Shown: one piece after another, positions 10,933-20,718 of the stretch
Layout of the letters: every line of letters starts with the position of its first letter
How positions within the stretch are numbered: position 1 is the stretch's first letter
Assembly (NCBI GenBank): GCA_963674945.2
Contig: CAXXWQ010000003.1
Location: forward strand, 2,112,001-2,176,000
From: an uncultured Desulfosarcina sp.
GTDB taxonomy: Bacteria > Desulfobacterota > Desulfobacteria > Desulfobacterales > Desulfosarcinaceae
DNA length: 64,000 bases
Direction of reading: 5' to 3'
Translations under genes and position numbers: made by a program
Notes under the pieces: model-generated
Database searches by the model: none
Told to the model about the DNA's origin: nothing
The model's input: only the letters and a program-made list of their open reading frames with translations

Positions 10933-12327
10933 TCAAGTCCTTATCACATCTTCTTCCACCACGAGCATTTTTTCCCATTTGCTTTGCCTGTAGCGGAGGG
11001 AAGTTACAATAAACAGAGAGGTGATGAACAGTAAGACACACATCCAGGCATAGGTAATACCCTGCTGAAATACTTCGATGCCGATATAAATGGGAAGAAT
11101 CATGACGAACAGGGTAACAAAGCCGATGCTCCACATGATAAAATGCGTATCCCCGGCACCCTTCAATACGCCCGAAAATGTCATATAAAGCGCATCCATA
11201 AAGACGGAAACCGCCACAATGCGCAAAAGAACGATGCCTGTATCCATGATAACAGCATACTCTGACGCTTGACCTTCTGGTATGAAAAGGGACAGCAGCA
11301 GTTTTGGAGCGAAGAGAAAAAGAAAATCGATGATGAATGTATAGGCAAGAAGGATGTGAATGGCACTCCACACCGCAAGTTTTGCTTCCACGGGTTGTCG
11401 TCGTCCAAGGGCCTGCCCCACCAGGGCACTGACACCGAAGGAAAATCCCATTGCCGGCATGAACGCCAGAGAATCGATGGACATGACAATGTTGCTGACG
11501 GCGAGTTCCGTTTTTCCGATCCGGCCCACCATGAAAGCGAAAAATGTAAATGCAAAAACATCTATGGTGAATTGTAAGGCACCGGGAACGCCGAATCGCA
11601 TGAGGCGGAAGAAAATACCCGCGTCATAGCGTCCATGGCGGGTCAAAAACAACTTGTGGTTCTCACGGTTGAAGATCATCAGACAAAACAAAAGGGTGAT
11701 AAGACCCCAGGATGCCACCGTTGCAATGGCCGCGCCGGTGATGCCGAGTTCGGGAAATATCCAGATGCCGTTGATCAATGCATAGTCGAGGGGGATGTTG
11801 AATGCCATGCCGATTGTATTGATGACCATGACCGGTCTGGTGATGCCCCTTCCGGCGAAAAAGCCGGAAAGGGTCTGATTGGCGATATGGAAAATCGATC
11901 CCCATCCGAGTATTTTGAAGTAAATTACCTCAAGCCTTTGAACCTCGGCGGCATGGCCGGCCAAAGCAAAGAGCGGTTCGGCAATCAGCGTCACGGCAAA
12001 GGCGGTAAGAATACCGGAAAACAGACTGAAGTAGAGCCCCTGCCACAAAGCGGTGCCGACTCTTTGATGGGCATTCGCCCCGCAATATTGAGCGATGAAT
12101 ACGCTGGAGTAACCTGCCACGCCGCCAAAGAAAGCAACGATGAGAATTATTGCAATGCCGGCCGGAGCGACAGCCGAAATGGCCTCCAAACTGTAATTGG
12201 ACAGAAACGCCCGATCGGTAAATTCCATGACGGTGACCGCCGCCATGCTCATCACCAAGGGGAAACAAACCCTTGCCACTTCACGGTAGCGCTGCTTTAT
12301 TTTCCATTCTTTCCAGAGACGTTGCAT
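10933..12327 (-). CDS. MATE-family efflux transporter
   Basis: 'FTDRAFLS', 'NIPLDYALING...PELGITGAAIAT', 'GVLKGAGDT'; about 12 hydrophobic segments. Confidence 0.9.
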   Translation of the reverse strand: MQRLWKEWKIKQRYREVARVCFPLVMSMAAVTVMEFTDRAFLSNYSLEAISAVAPAGIAIILIVAFFGGVAGYSSVFIAQYCGANAHQRVGTALWQGLYFSLFSGILTAFAVTLIAEPLFALAGHAAEVQRLEVIYFKILGWGSIFHIANQTLSGFFAGRGITRPVMVINTIGMAFNIPLDYALINGIWIFPELGITGAAIATVASWGLITLLFCLMIFNRENHKLFLTRHGRYDAGIFFRLMRFGVPGALQFTIDVFAFTFFAFMVGRIGKTELAVSNIVMSIDSLAFMPAMGFSFGVSALVGQALGRRQPVEAKLAVWSAIHILLAYTFIIDFLFLFAPKLLLSLFIPEGQASEYAVIMDTGIVLLRIVAVSVFMDALYMTFSGVLKGAGDTHFIMWSIGFVTLFVMILPIYIGIEVFQQGITYAWMCVLLFITSLFIVTSLRYRQSKWEKMLVVEEDVIRT

Positions 12328-12509
12328 CGTATTGAAAGTGAAATCGATTTGTCGTTGGATATTGTTGCTGCAATATTCGCAGTCGGCAAAATTACTCGAA
12401 TCAATCGACGATTACGATGAAAAAGTCAACTTGCGAATCTCGAACGTTGTATTCGATCATGCCAGCGCTCCATTGAATTTTTTCGGGTTTGATGCGATGT
12501 TTGGTATAT

Positions 12510-14618
12510 ATGAGACCAATTCAATATACACGTATGTTGTTTTTCCTTTTTATTTGGGTTGTACACCTGGAAATTGGCACCATTGCCTTTGCCGGTGTCT
12601 CACATGACCTGATTGTCCGCCTCGAACCGGAAATGCAGCTGCTTTCGGGGATCGATCGCATCACTCTGTCGGGTGAATCCACGCACCGGGTCGAATTTTT
12701 CCTCTCGCTCCAGGCCAGAATTCGAAGCCTTCTCGTGGACGGAAAGGAAGCCGATTTTCGAGTTTCTCACGGGCAGGTGACGATTGTACCAACAAGGGAA
12801 CATGGTGATGTCCACGCGACAGAGCTTCTGGTCGACTACGAGGCCGTGTTCGACGATCCCTTTCCCGAAGCGCCGGCCAACACCGATAACCCAGGGTACG
12901 GGATAACCGGCATCATCGGGAGAAAGGGAACCTTCCTGCTTTCCGGAGCAGGTTGGTACCCCGTGTTTCCCGATCCTCCTTCGCACCTATCCCTTATGGT
13001 GGATGCCCCAAAAGGCATGATTGCCGTCACGGCAGGAAGGTCGGGTGGACGAAAAACAAACGGCGAGCGTACCCGATCCTTCTGGGAGGTGGACCACCCC
13101 GCCGGTGACCTTTCCCTTAGCGCGGGTCCTTACATCGTGACTGAAATCGATTCCGGTAACGTGCAACTGGCGACCTATTTTTTACCGGAGACCCAGCCCC
13201 TCTCCGACCGCTATCTCGCCGCGGTCAAAAGATATCTGGAACTGTACACGGAACTGTTCGGACCATACCCCTTCGAGAAGTTCGCCGTGGTGGAAAATTT
13301 TTTTCCCACAGGATACGGATTCCCCTCCTACACCCTCATGGGCGGCACTGTTTTGCGTCTGCCCTTTATCATCGATGTCAGCCTCGGCCATGAAATCGCC
13401 CATTGCTGGTGGGGAAACGGGGTCCTCGTCGATGCCGCATCGGGCAACTGGTGCGAGGGGCTCACCACATACGTGGCGGACTACCGATTCAAGGAAATGG
13501 TCTCGGCCGTCGAGGCCGGCGCGTATCGAATTCAGTGGCTTCGCAACTATGCGACGTTGGTGAATGACGAAAACGACTTTCCGCTGTCCCAATTTTTCAG
13601 TCGAAAGGATCGCGTAACCAAGGTGATTGGCTATGACAAGGCGGCCATGGTCTTTCACATGATTCGGGAGTTGGTCGGAGAATCTGTATTTTGGGGTGCG
13701 CTTCGCGATCTTTTCGAGGATAAGTGCTTTCAACGCGTCTCATGGGGGGATCTGCGTATCGCGCTGGAAAGACGTTCGGGGCACGGTCCGTGCTGCACCC
13801 TGGAAGAATTCTTCACCCAGTGGATTGAAAGGCCCGGCGCACCGAAACTGGCACTGACGGATGTTCGCCGTTGGGAAACCAAAGAAGGCTGGAAGATCTC
13901 CGGCGTTGTCGTCCAACACCAGGACGAACTCTTTACCGTTCCCGTGACAATGACGATCGAAACCGGCAAAGGCCCCCTAATGCAAATGATTTCAATCCAC
14001 GATCGGAAGACACCGTTTTCCCTGCGCATATCATCGCGGCCAACCGCGCTTGCCTTGGATCCGGATGCGAGCCTGTTCCGGCGCCTTTTCCCGGAAGAGA
14101 TTCCGGCCTCTATCAACACGTTGAAAGGCGCGGATTCGGTATCGGTTGTCGTCTCCGAGGCAGCAGGCAATGTGGGAATGGAAACGGCGCGGATGCTGGT
14201 CCGGTCCCTTGGCCTGTCCCGGGCCGAAATATACCAGGAGACCGATGTTCGCCCCCGGAGCATTGAAGGAAACAGCCAGATATACATCGGGTTTCCCACG
14301 GATCCAACCCTTTTCCCACGAAAAAGGGGAGCAGTGACAATCGATGCAGATCGCTTTTCCGTGGCAGGCCAGACCTTTTCTACCGATACCGACACATTTT
14401 TCTGCGTCATTGAGGATCCGAAGGACAGGGAAAACGTCGTGGGGATTTTATACCCGTTGCATCCGCAATATGGCCCGCTGGTGGCCCGGAAGGCGACCCA
14501 CTATGGGAAATACAGTTACCTCGCATTTTCCAAGGGACAGAATCGGGCAAAGGGAATATGGCCGGTGACGGACTCTCCGCTGGTTGTCCGTTGGGAGCCG
14601 GCCGGTGTCGAAAAATGA
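12510..14618 (+). CDS. M1-family zinc aminopeptidase, probably exported
   Basis: HEIAH...E zinc motif ('GHEIAHCWWGN','WCEGLTTY'), 'YDKAAMVFHM'; start uncertain. Confidence 0.85.
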   Translation: MRPIQYTRMLFFLFIWVVHLEIGTIAFAGVSHDLIVRLEPEMQLLSGIDRITLSGESTHRVEFFLSLQARIRSLLVDGKEADFRVSHGQVTIVPTREHGDVHATELLVDYEAVFDDPFPEAPANTDNPGYGITGIIGRKGTFLLSGAGWYPVFPDPPSHLSLMVDAPKGMIAVTAGRSGGRKTNGERTRSFWEVDHPAGDLSLSAGPYIVTEIDSGNVQLATYFLPETQPLSDRYLAAVKRYLELYTELFGPYPFEKFAVVENFFPTGYGFPSYTLMGGTVLRLPFIIDVSLGHEIAHCWWGNGVLVDAASGNWCEGLTTYVADYRFKEMVSAVEAGAYRIQWLRNYATLVNDENDFPLSQFFSRKDRVTKVIGYDKAAMVFHMIRELVGESVFWGALRDLFEDKCFQRVSWGDLRIALERRSGHGPCCTLEEFFTQWIERPGAPKLALTDVRRWETKEGWKISGVVVQHQDELFTVPVTMTIETGKGPLMQMISIHDRKTPFSLRISSRPTALALDPDASLFRRLFPEEIPASINTLKGADSVSVVVSEAAGNVGMETARMLVRSLGLSRAEIYQETDVRPRSIEGNSQIYIGFPTDPTLFPRKRGAVTIDADRFSVAGQTFSTDTDTFFCVIEDPKDRENVVGILYPLHPQYGPLVARKATHYGKYSYLAFSKGQNRAKGIWPVTDSPLVVRWEPAGVEK

Positions 14619-14623
14619 TGAAT

Positions 14624-15787
14624 TTACCGATTGGCCTTTCGATATCCAAGCTGATCCATGGCGATGATCCATTTACAGATGTTGGTGGAGCCTTCCACCA
14701 TAAAATAGGTCGGGGCATCCCGGTAGATGCGGGCTACCGGATATTCGGTTGAATAGCCATAGGCACCCAGCACACGCATGGCGTAATTGGCACACTTGTT
14801 TGCCGTTTCGCCGGCAAAAAACTTGGCCTTGGCCACATCCAGTCCATTGTTGTGCCGACCCTGGTCCTTGACCCAGGCGGCCTTGTAGACCAAAAGGCGT
14901 GCGGCATCGATCTCGGTTGCCATCTGTGCCACCATGTCCTGGTTCATCTGAAACTGGCCGATGGGTTTTCCAAACTGCTTTCGGTCGTTGCAATACCCGG
15001 TCACCACATCCATGCAGGCCTGGGACACCCCAACCGCACCGGCGGCGGCCGACAGGCGGGTCTGGTTCAAAGACCCGAATACGATTTTGGTCCCCATGCC
15101 CGGCTTTCCCAGTATGTTCTCCTTGGGAACCTTGGTGTTGTCGCAAAACACCTCGCCGGTGGGCGAGCAAAAGGATCCCATCTTGTCCAATCGGGTGGTT
15201 TTCACGCCGGTGAAATTCTTGGGTTCGATAACGAAAGCAGACAAACCCCTGGATCCTGCGTTGATGTCGGTGTACGCATAGTAGATCAGCACGTCTGCCA
15301 CATCGGCGTTGGAGATCCAGGTCTTGGCGCCATTGAGAAGCCAATGATCTCCCTTGTCTTCTGCGGTGGAAGAAATGGCCATCACATCCGACCCGGCATC
15401 CGGTTCGGTGATGGCGAAGCCGCCGATCAGATCAGCGCTGCACAAGCCTGGAATATATTTTTTCTTCAGCGCCTCACTGCCATAGGTAAATATTGTGTAT
15501 GCGCAACCCAGCACCTGCATGTTGACCTGCACCCTCAGGGAACTGCAGACACGGGCAATCTCTTCCGTGACGATCATGGCAGCCAGCCACCCCATGTCTT
15601 CGCCGCCATACGCCTCTGGAATCACCGTTCCCCAGAAACCCAGATCGCCCATTGGCTTGATGGCCTCTTCATAGGGGAAATAGTGTGCCGCGTCCCACTG
15701 ATCCACGTGGGGGGCAATTTTCTTGGTTGCAAACTCGCGGACGGCTTTACGCAACATCTCGAGTTCTTTGGAAAGGAAAAAGTCCAT
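14624..15787 (-). CDS. acd: Glutaryl-CoA dehydrogenase, non-decarboxylating (acyl-CoA dehydrogenase family)
   Basis: ACAD motifs 'ITEPDAGSD','GAYGYSTEYPVAR'; closely resembles, from recall, Desulfococcus multivorans Acd ('FPYEEA','GWLAAMIVTEEIAR','DQLG.RKANR'); RBS GGAG before ATG 15787. Confidence 0.8.
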   Translation of the reverse strand: MDFFLSKELEMLRKAVREFATKKIAPHVDQWDAAHYFPYEEAIKPMGDLGFWGTVIPEAYGGEDMGWLAAMIVTEEIARVCSSLRVQVNMQVLGCAYTIFTYGSEALKKKYIPGLCSADLIGGFAITEPDAGSDVMAISSTAEDKGDHWLLNGAKTWISNADVADVLIYYAYTDINAGSRGLSAFVIEPKNFTGVKTTRLDKMGSFCSPTGEVFCDNTKVPKENILGKPGMGTKIVFGSLNQTRLSAAAGAVGVSQACMDVVTGYCNDRKQFGKPIGQFQMNQDMVAQMATEIDAARLLVYKAAWVKDQGRHNNGLDVAKAKFFAGETANKCANYAMRVLGAYGYSTEYPVARIYRDAPTYFMVEGSTNICKWIIAMDQLGYRKANR

Positions 15788-16230
15788 TTTCAAACACTCC
15801 TTACGTGCATTACGGGCTTCGTTCATACCCGGGGTTAGCGTTTTGCTTGTGAAGGTATGCTGCGAATTGCTTCATTCAGGCCACATATTATTGTTTATGC
15901 TTTTTTTCCGCAGTGGGCAAGTCGTCATACATCATTCTGTCCGCTCTGTTTCCCCTGGATCTTGAAAGCAGTCTTATTCGGGTTGGTAGGCAGCTTTTCC
16001 CGTTCATTTTCAGTGGCGGTCTGATTCCTCCTATTCAAAGCGGATGATTTGCACCCAAAACCAACCCGAACGATACCGCACTGACGTGCTTTTGAAAATG
16101 CGGCCCATGGACCGGATATTTGTTCCACCCGCTTTGCGGGTGGTCGTTGACTCACAAGGTCGAATATGCAAAATTTTATGGATGAGGATGATAAGAACGA
16201 AAACAACAAAACTTTCAAAGGAGATGCAGC

Positions 16231-16884
16231 ATGAGTGAAGTCTCATTTTCGGATATTGCAATCGTTTCCTGTGGAACGATGAGCCTTGAGATGAATTATC
16301 TGAAAAAGGAAGGTTTTCTCGATGTCCACAGCCTGTATTACACGACACCCGGGCTGCATCAGGATATACCGGAACTCGAGCGGCAGCTTGTTGACCGAAT
16401 AAAAAAGGCAAAAGAAAAGGTAGAAAAGGTTATTGTGATCTACGGCGGTAAATTCTGTTATGTGAATGTTGACGAACCCACCCGTACCATGAAGAACATC
16501 ATAGACGAACAGGGGCCAAATGTGGTGAGAATCCAGGCCACACACTGCATGGACATGATCGCCAGCGAAGCCGAACGGGAAGAAATCGCACGGGAAATGG
16601 CAGGCGGCGAAAGCGTATGGTGGATGACACCGGGCTGGATTAAATTTCGTAAGGAAGTTTTTAAAGGCTGGGACAAAGGACTCGCCAATGAAAATTTTCC
16701 AAAGCATACAGGGGGCGCCATCGTTCTGGACGGCGTCGGCTATCTCGACAGATACATGGCTGAAAAACCGGAAGAGTTCCTTGAATATTCCGACTGGATG
16801 GGCATTCCAATACAGCCATATCCCATCAGCCTGGAAAGATTTACATCCCTGCTTGTGGAACAGGCAGAGCAATTGAACGCATAA
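16231..16884 (+). CDS. DUF1638-domain protein
   Basis: 'IVSCG', 'PGLHQDIPELE', 'YGGKFC', 'HCMDMI', 'WWMTPGW' pattern; RBS GGAG. Confidence 0.75.
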   Translation: MSEVSFSDIAIVSCGTMSLEMNYLKKEGFLDVHSLYYTTPGLHQDIPELERQLVDRIKKAKEKVEKVIVIYGGKFCYVNVDEPTRTMKNIIDEQGPNVVRIQATHCMDMIASEAEREEIAREMAGGESVWWMTPGWIKFRKEVFKGWDKGLANENFPKHTGGAIVLDGVGYLDRYMAEKPEEFLEYSDWMGIPIQPYPISLERFTSLLVEQAEQLNA

Positions 16885-17216
16885 TTTGCGGGAGATGTCT
16901 ATATGAGTGATACATCAAACTGCGCGATCCAGTGTAGAAATTGCGCTGGGTGCTCATCGAGGTTCTCCGACGATTATCGGGCCGCCGGAGATGGGCGCCG
17001 GGCACCCAGCGCAACACGCATCGGGGGGGCGTTGCGTGAATCTGTATTCTCCCATTCATGTACTTTGAAGATAATTGGCTGACATGTGGCCAATTATTTC
17101 GGCACCAAATGGGATAAGGGGTTGGCGTCGGGTCAAACACCGGGTCATAAGCGAAGGAGAATTCCTGCCCGAATCCTCCTTCGCTTTGTGAAACGGGTGC
17201 GGCATTAACCGGTAAT

Positions 17217-17253
17217 AAAAAAAGCCCTTCATGCTTCTGCCTGCATGAAGGGC
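17217..17253 (-). terminator. Intrinsic terminator (expression platform of cobalamin riboswitch 2)
   Basis: Stem GCCCTTCATGC/GCATGAAGGGC plus a T run on the minus strand; same stem as 7223-7252. Confidence 0.85.
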
Positions 17254-17321
17254 TGCACCCTGCTTACTTGACCCTTTATGGTTGCCATCCACCCAACCCA
17301 TCGTGGGCATGGCCGATATCC

Positions 17322-17474
17322 AAGGCAGGTCTTCTGACTATCGGTTCATCCTACTCTCCGCGCCTTCCCACCTCTTGCTCAGTGGCAGTGGCCGTTGCGG
17401 ATTTCATCCCCGAATACAGCGGCGGGACCGTTCCCGATTCTCACGGGATTCCCTTTTAAGCCCTATGGCACCTT
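17322..17474 (-). ncRNA. Cobalamin riboswitch 2 (no downstream sense gene)
   Basis: Minus strand AAGGTGCC...AAAAGGGAATCCCGTGAGAATCGGGAACGGTCCCGCCGCTGTA...GCCACTG...GGGAAGGC...AGTCAGAAGACCTGCC. Confidence 0.93.
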
Positions 17475-17483
17475 AATAGTTTA

Positions 17484-17511
17484 CTCATAGCAGATGGAAA
17501 AGAAATGTCAA
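17484..17511 (-). promoter_or_regulatory. Sigma70-type promoter for riboswitch 2
   Basis: TTGACA-16 nt-(TGC)TATGAG. Confidence 0.6.
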
Positions 17512-17573
17512 CCTTTTTTTGGGATCGAGCAGAAGAGAAATAATGAATTTCTTATGGAGAATAGATGTTGATG

Positions 17574-18356
17574 TTAACTTTTCAGCAGACTTACCCGCGG
17601 CCAATTTCCGGCAGGGCTCCGGTCCACCATGACCCGGCAGCCGTATGCGTCACCCAGGATCTCCTCTCGGACAACCTGATCCGGTGGCCCGCAGGCAACC
17701 TTTTCGCCGTCGACGATTAAAAGCAATCGATCCGCATACATCGCGGCCAGATTGATGTCGTGGGAGACCATTACCACTGTGGTGTTTCGTTCTCGCTTCA
17801 GGTTCGTCATCAGATCCATGGTTCGGACCTGGTGGGCCAGGTCCAGGGCCGCCGTGGGTTCATCCAGAAGTATCAGTTCCGGTTCTTGGCAGATGGCCCG
17901 GGCGATTTGGGCGCGCTGACGCTCGCCACCGCTGAGGCACCCCATGGGCCGATCGGCCAGATGCTGTACTCCGGTAAAGGACATGGCCTGCCGGGCAATC
18001 TCGATGTCATTGGGGCCTTCGATGCCGAGGATGCCCAGATAGGGCGCGCGTCCCATGAGCACCGTTTCCTGAATGGTGAACGGCGTCTCGTCGGTGATCG
18101 TTTGGGCCACGTACGCCACTTTCCGGGCGAGCGCTCTGGGTTTGAACCGGGAAAGGGGGCGATCCTGAATGTGGATATCGCCGCCGGATGGAGAGAGAAG
18201 TCCGGCCAAGGCCTTGATCAGGGTGCTCTTACCCGAACCATTGGGGCCGATGATGATGAAGAATTCATTGTTGGCCACCTCGAACGAGATCGCGCGCAGC
18301 ACCGTTTTATCCGGATAGGTGCATGTGAGTCCTTGCACACGAACGGCGGCACTCAT
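17574..18356 (-). CDS. btuD: Cobalamin/iron-chelate ABC transporter ATPase
   Basis: GPNGSGKS, LSGGERQR, LLDEPT, SHD; ATG overlaps the permease stop. Confidence 0.85.
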   Translation of the reverse strand: MSAAVRVQGLTCTYPDKTVLRAISFEVANNEFFIIIGPNGSGKSTLIKALAGLLSPSGGDIHIQDRPLSRFKPRALARKVAYVAQTITDETPFTIQETVLMGRAPYLGILGIEGPNDIEIARQAMSFTGVQHLADRPMGCLSGGERQRAQIARAICQEPELILLDEPTAALDLAHQVRTMDLMTNLKRERNTTVVMVSHDINLAAMYADRLLLIVDGEKVACGPPDQVVREEILGDAYGCRVMVDRSPAGNWPRVSLLKS

Positions 18357-19363
18357 CGTCTCGTCCTTCTGAGCAAAATGATAAACAGCGGTGCACCGAT
18401 CATGGCCGTGATCACACCGCCCGGCATTTCGCCCTGTGCCGGAAGTGTTCTCGCCAACAGATCGCAGATCACCATGTACGCCCCGCCGCCGAGGATGCAA
18501 GCCGGTACCAATACCCGGTGATCCGGCCCGATGATCAGGCGCAGCAGGTGGGGGATAACCAGGCCGACAAATCCGATGAGACCACACTGGCTGACGGTGA
18601 CGCTGACCATCAGTGAGGTGGTGACCAGCAGGATCAAAGTGATCTGGCGTACGGAGATGCCCATGGAGGCGGCGATGTCACCTCCCAGTTGCAGCAGATT
18701 CATGCGATTGGAGTAGGCGAAGATCAGGATGAAGCAGGGCAGCAAAATGGCTCCGAGCAGTCCGACGTGGTGGATCTGGGAAGCGGACAGGTCTCCCATG
18801 AGCCAGAAGATGATGTTGTGCAGTTCGGCACTTTGGGTAATGGAGAGCAAAAACATGATTACCGCCGTGCAAAAGGCGTTGACCATGACGCCCGAAAGCA
18901 ACAGGGCGTCCTTGACCATTGCCGTCCGGCCCGAAGAGATCACGATGATGAGCACCAAGGTGGCAAGACTGCCGAGAAAGGCGGTCATGCTGACACCCGG
19001 TATGGGGGAGAGCCCCAGCAGGATGCCGAAGATGGCACCGATGGCGGCACCCCCGGAAATGCCCAGGATGTATGGTTCGGCGAGTGGGTTTTTCAAAAGA
19101 GCCTGAAAGACCAGGCCGCCCAGGGAAAGGGCAGCGCCCACCATGGTCGCCAACAGTACCCGTGGCAGACGGAGGCGCCAGATGATGGCAGACTGCATGG
19201 CGTCTGCATCGCCGTGTTGAAAGATCGCCGCCCAAAGGGCCTTTAATCCGTGTCCTGACGATCCCATGCCCAGGCCGAATACAAGGGCCACCGCCAGTAC
19301 CAGTGCCAATACCAGCGCGGTTGTCGCCATTTTCACAAGGAGTTTGGTGTTCTGATGGATCAT
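18353..19363 (-). CDS. btuC: Cobalamin/iron-chelate ABC transporter permease (FecCD/BtuC)
   Basis: 'LRLPRVLLA','QALLKNPLAEPYILGISGGA','GLIGFVGLVIPH','GAPLFI'. Confidence 0.88.
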   Translation of the reverse strand: MIHQNTKLLVKMATTALVLALVLAVALVFGLGMGSSGHGLKALWAAIFQHGDADAMQSAIIWRLRLPRVLLATMVGAALSLGGLVFQALLKNPLAEPYILGISGGAAIGAIFGILLGLSPIPGVSMTAFLGSLATLVLIIVISSGRTAMVKDALLLSGVMVNAFCTAVIMFLLSITQSAELHNIIFWLMGDLSASQIHHVGLLGAILLPCFILIFAYSNRMNLLQLGGDIAASMGISVRQITLILLVTTSLMVSVTVSQCGLIGFVGLVIPHLLRLIIGPDHRVLVPACILGGGAYMVICDLLARTLPAQGEMPGGVITAMIGAPLFIILLRRTRR

Positions 19364-20388
19364 GGTTGAGCCCCGACGGCGGTGCCTTCGAAACGTTTCG
19401 GATGGATCAACCGGGCCAGAAGCTCCAGTCCGTCCACCAGCCGCGGCGTTGCCCGGTCCAGCACGTTGGAGTCCACCAGATGGATGCGGTCGTTCTTTGC
19501 CGCCGGCATTTCCGGCCATTTTTGCCACTCGGCCTTTACCTGGTCGAAAATCACTTTCCGGGCCATGGAAGTGATGATGATGACCTCCGGATCCATGCCG
19601 ATCACCTGTTCCTTGGAAAATCGTGGATACGGGATCGGGCCTTGGGCGAGATTGAGGCCGCCGGCCATCACGATCAGCTCATGGATAAAGGTGTTGGTGC
19701 CAATGGATACGATGGGGGTGATACCGATCTGTAAAAAAACGGATGGTCTGTGCGGGATATCGGATAGGCGCTGCCGGACCAACTGCACGCGCCGGGCCAT
19801 GTCGTCGACGAGCAATCTGGACTTGTCCTCGACATCCAATAGCCGTCCCAGTTCCAACACCGTTTCCATGACCGATTCGATGTTTCGCGGATCAACGGCA
19901 TAGACCGGAATGCCCATGGATTCCAATTTGCCAACCACTGAGATGGGATTGCCGTCCTTTACGGCAATGCACAGATCCGGTTTCAACGCAACGATACGTT
20001 CCACGTCCAGGTGAATGTACGATCCCACCTTGGGAATGGCGGCGGCGGCCGGGGGGTAATCGCTGAACTGGGAAGCGCCGACGAGGCGGTCTCCCAACTC
20101 CAGGTAGAACACGATTTCGGTGATACTGGGCGCCAAGGCAACGATGCGTGTCGGCGTAGCGGTGAGCCGAACGGGCCGTCCCAGCTGGTCGGTAACGGTC
20201 CTGTGCGTGGCATGGGCAGGCGCAACGGTAAATAGGAAAAGCGTGATAGAGAGAAAAATACACGCAGGGATATAAGAGAGGTGAAATAAACCAATGATGG
20301 GGTGATTTGTTTTTATTGGAGCCATCGGCATAGGCGCATCCATGTCCTGCATTGCAAAAACCAAAGCATCGCGCCATTGGTAAATCAA
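19360..20388 (-). CDS. btuF: Cobalamin ABC transporter substrate-binding protein
   Basis: 'RIVALAPSITEIVF','DVERIVALKPDL','DRATPRL'; downstream of riboswitch 3; true start may be 12-22 codons later. Confidence 0.85.
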   Translation of the reverse strand: MIYQWRDALVFAMQDMDAPMPMAPIKTNHPIIGLFHLSYIPACIFLSITLFLFTVAPAHATHRTVTDQLGRPVRLTATPTRIVALAPSITEIVFYLELGDRLVGASQFSDYPPAAAAIPKVGSYIHLDVERIVALKPDLCIAVKDGNPISVVGKLESMGIPVYAVDPRNIESVMETVLELGRLLDVEDKSRLLVDDMARRVQLVRQRLSDIPHRPSVFLQIGITPIVSIGTNTFIHELIVMAGGLNLAQGPIPYPRFSKEQVIGMDPEVIIITSMARKVIFDQVKAEWQKWPEMPAAKNDRIHLVDSNVLDRATPRLVDGLELLARLIHPKRFEGTAVGAQP

Positions 20389-20539
20389 GGCGAGGCAATG
20401 GTTCGTTCAATGCCGATATGTTCATGGGTGCCATCCGTCGATGGCCGATTCGCCAACATATCGGGGCGGCACCAAACAGCCTTGACCGCGAAGGCGCGTT
20501 CGGTTTTCGAATTGTGGTCGTTTTTCGATACTGAATCCG

Positions 20540-20692
20540 GTGAGGTTTCCTGGCTTGTGGATCGTCCTACCGGCCGCCTCTTCCCACCCGCTTGTGGCGG
20601 GCAGTGAGATGGTGCGGCTTTCGTCCCCACATACAGTGGCGGGTCCGCAGCGGATTTGCACCGCTTTCCCATCGACTTCCGGACTCGACGAT
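20540..20692 (-). ncRNA. Cobalamin riboswitch 3 (btuFCD leader)
   Basis: Minus strand GGGAAAGCGGTGCAAATCCGCTGCGGACCCGCCACTGTA...CACTG...GGGAAG...AAGCCAGGAAACCT. Confidence 0.9.
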
Positions 20693-20718
20693 CAATAAAC
20701 CCGAAAGAGTGTGAAAAG

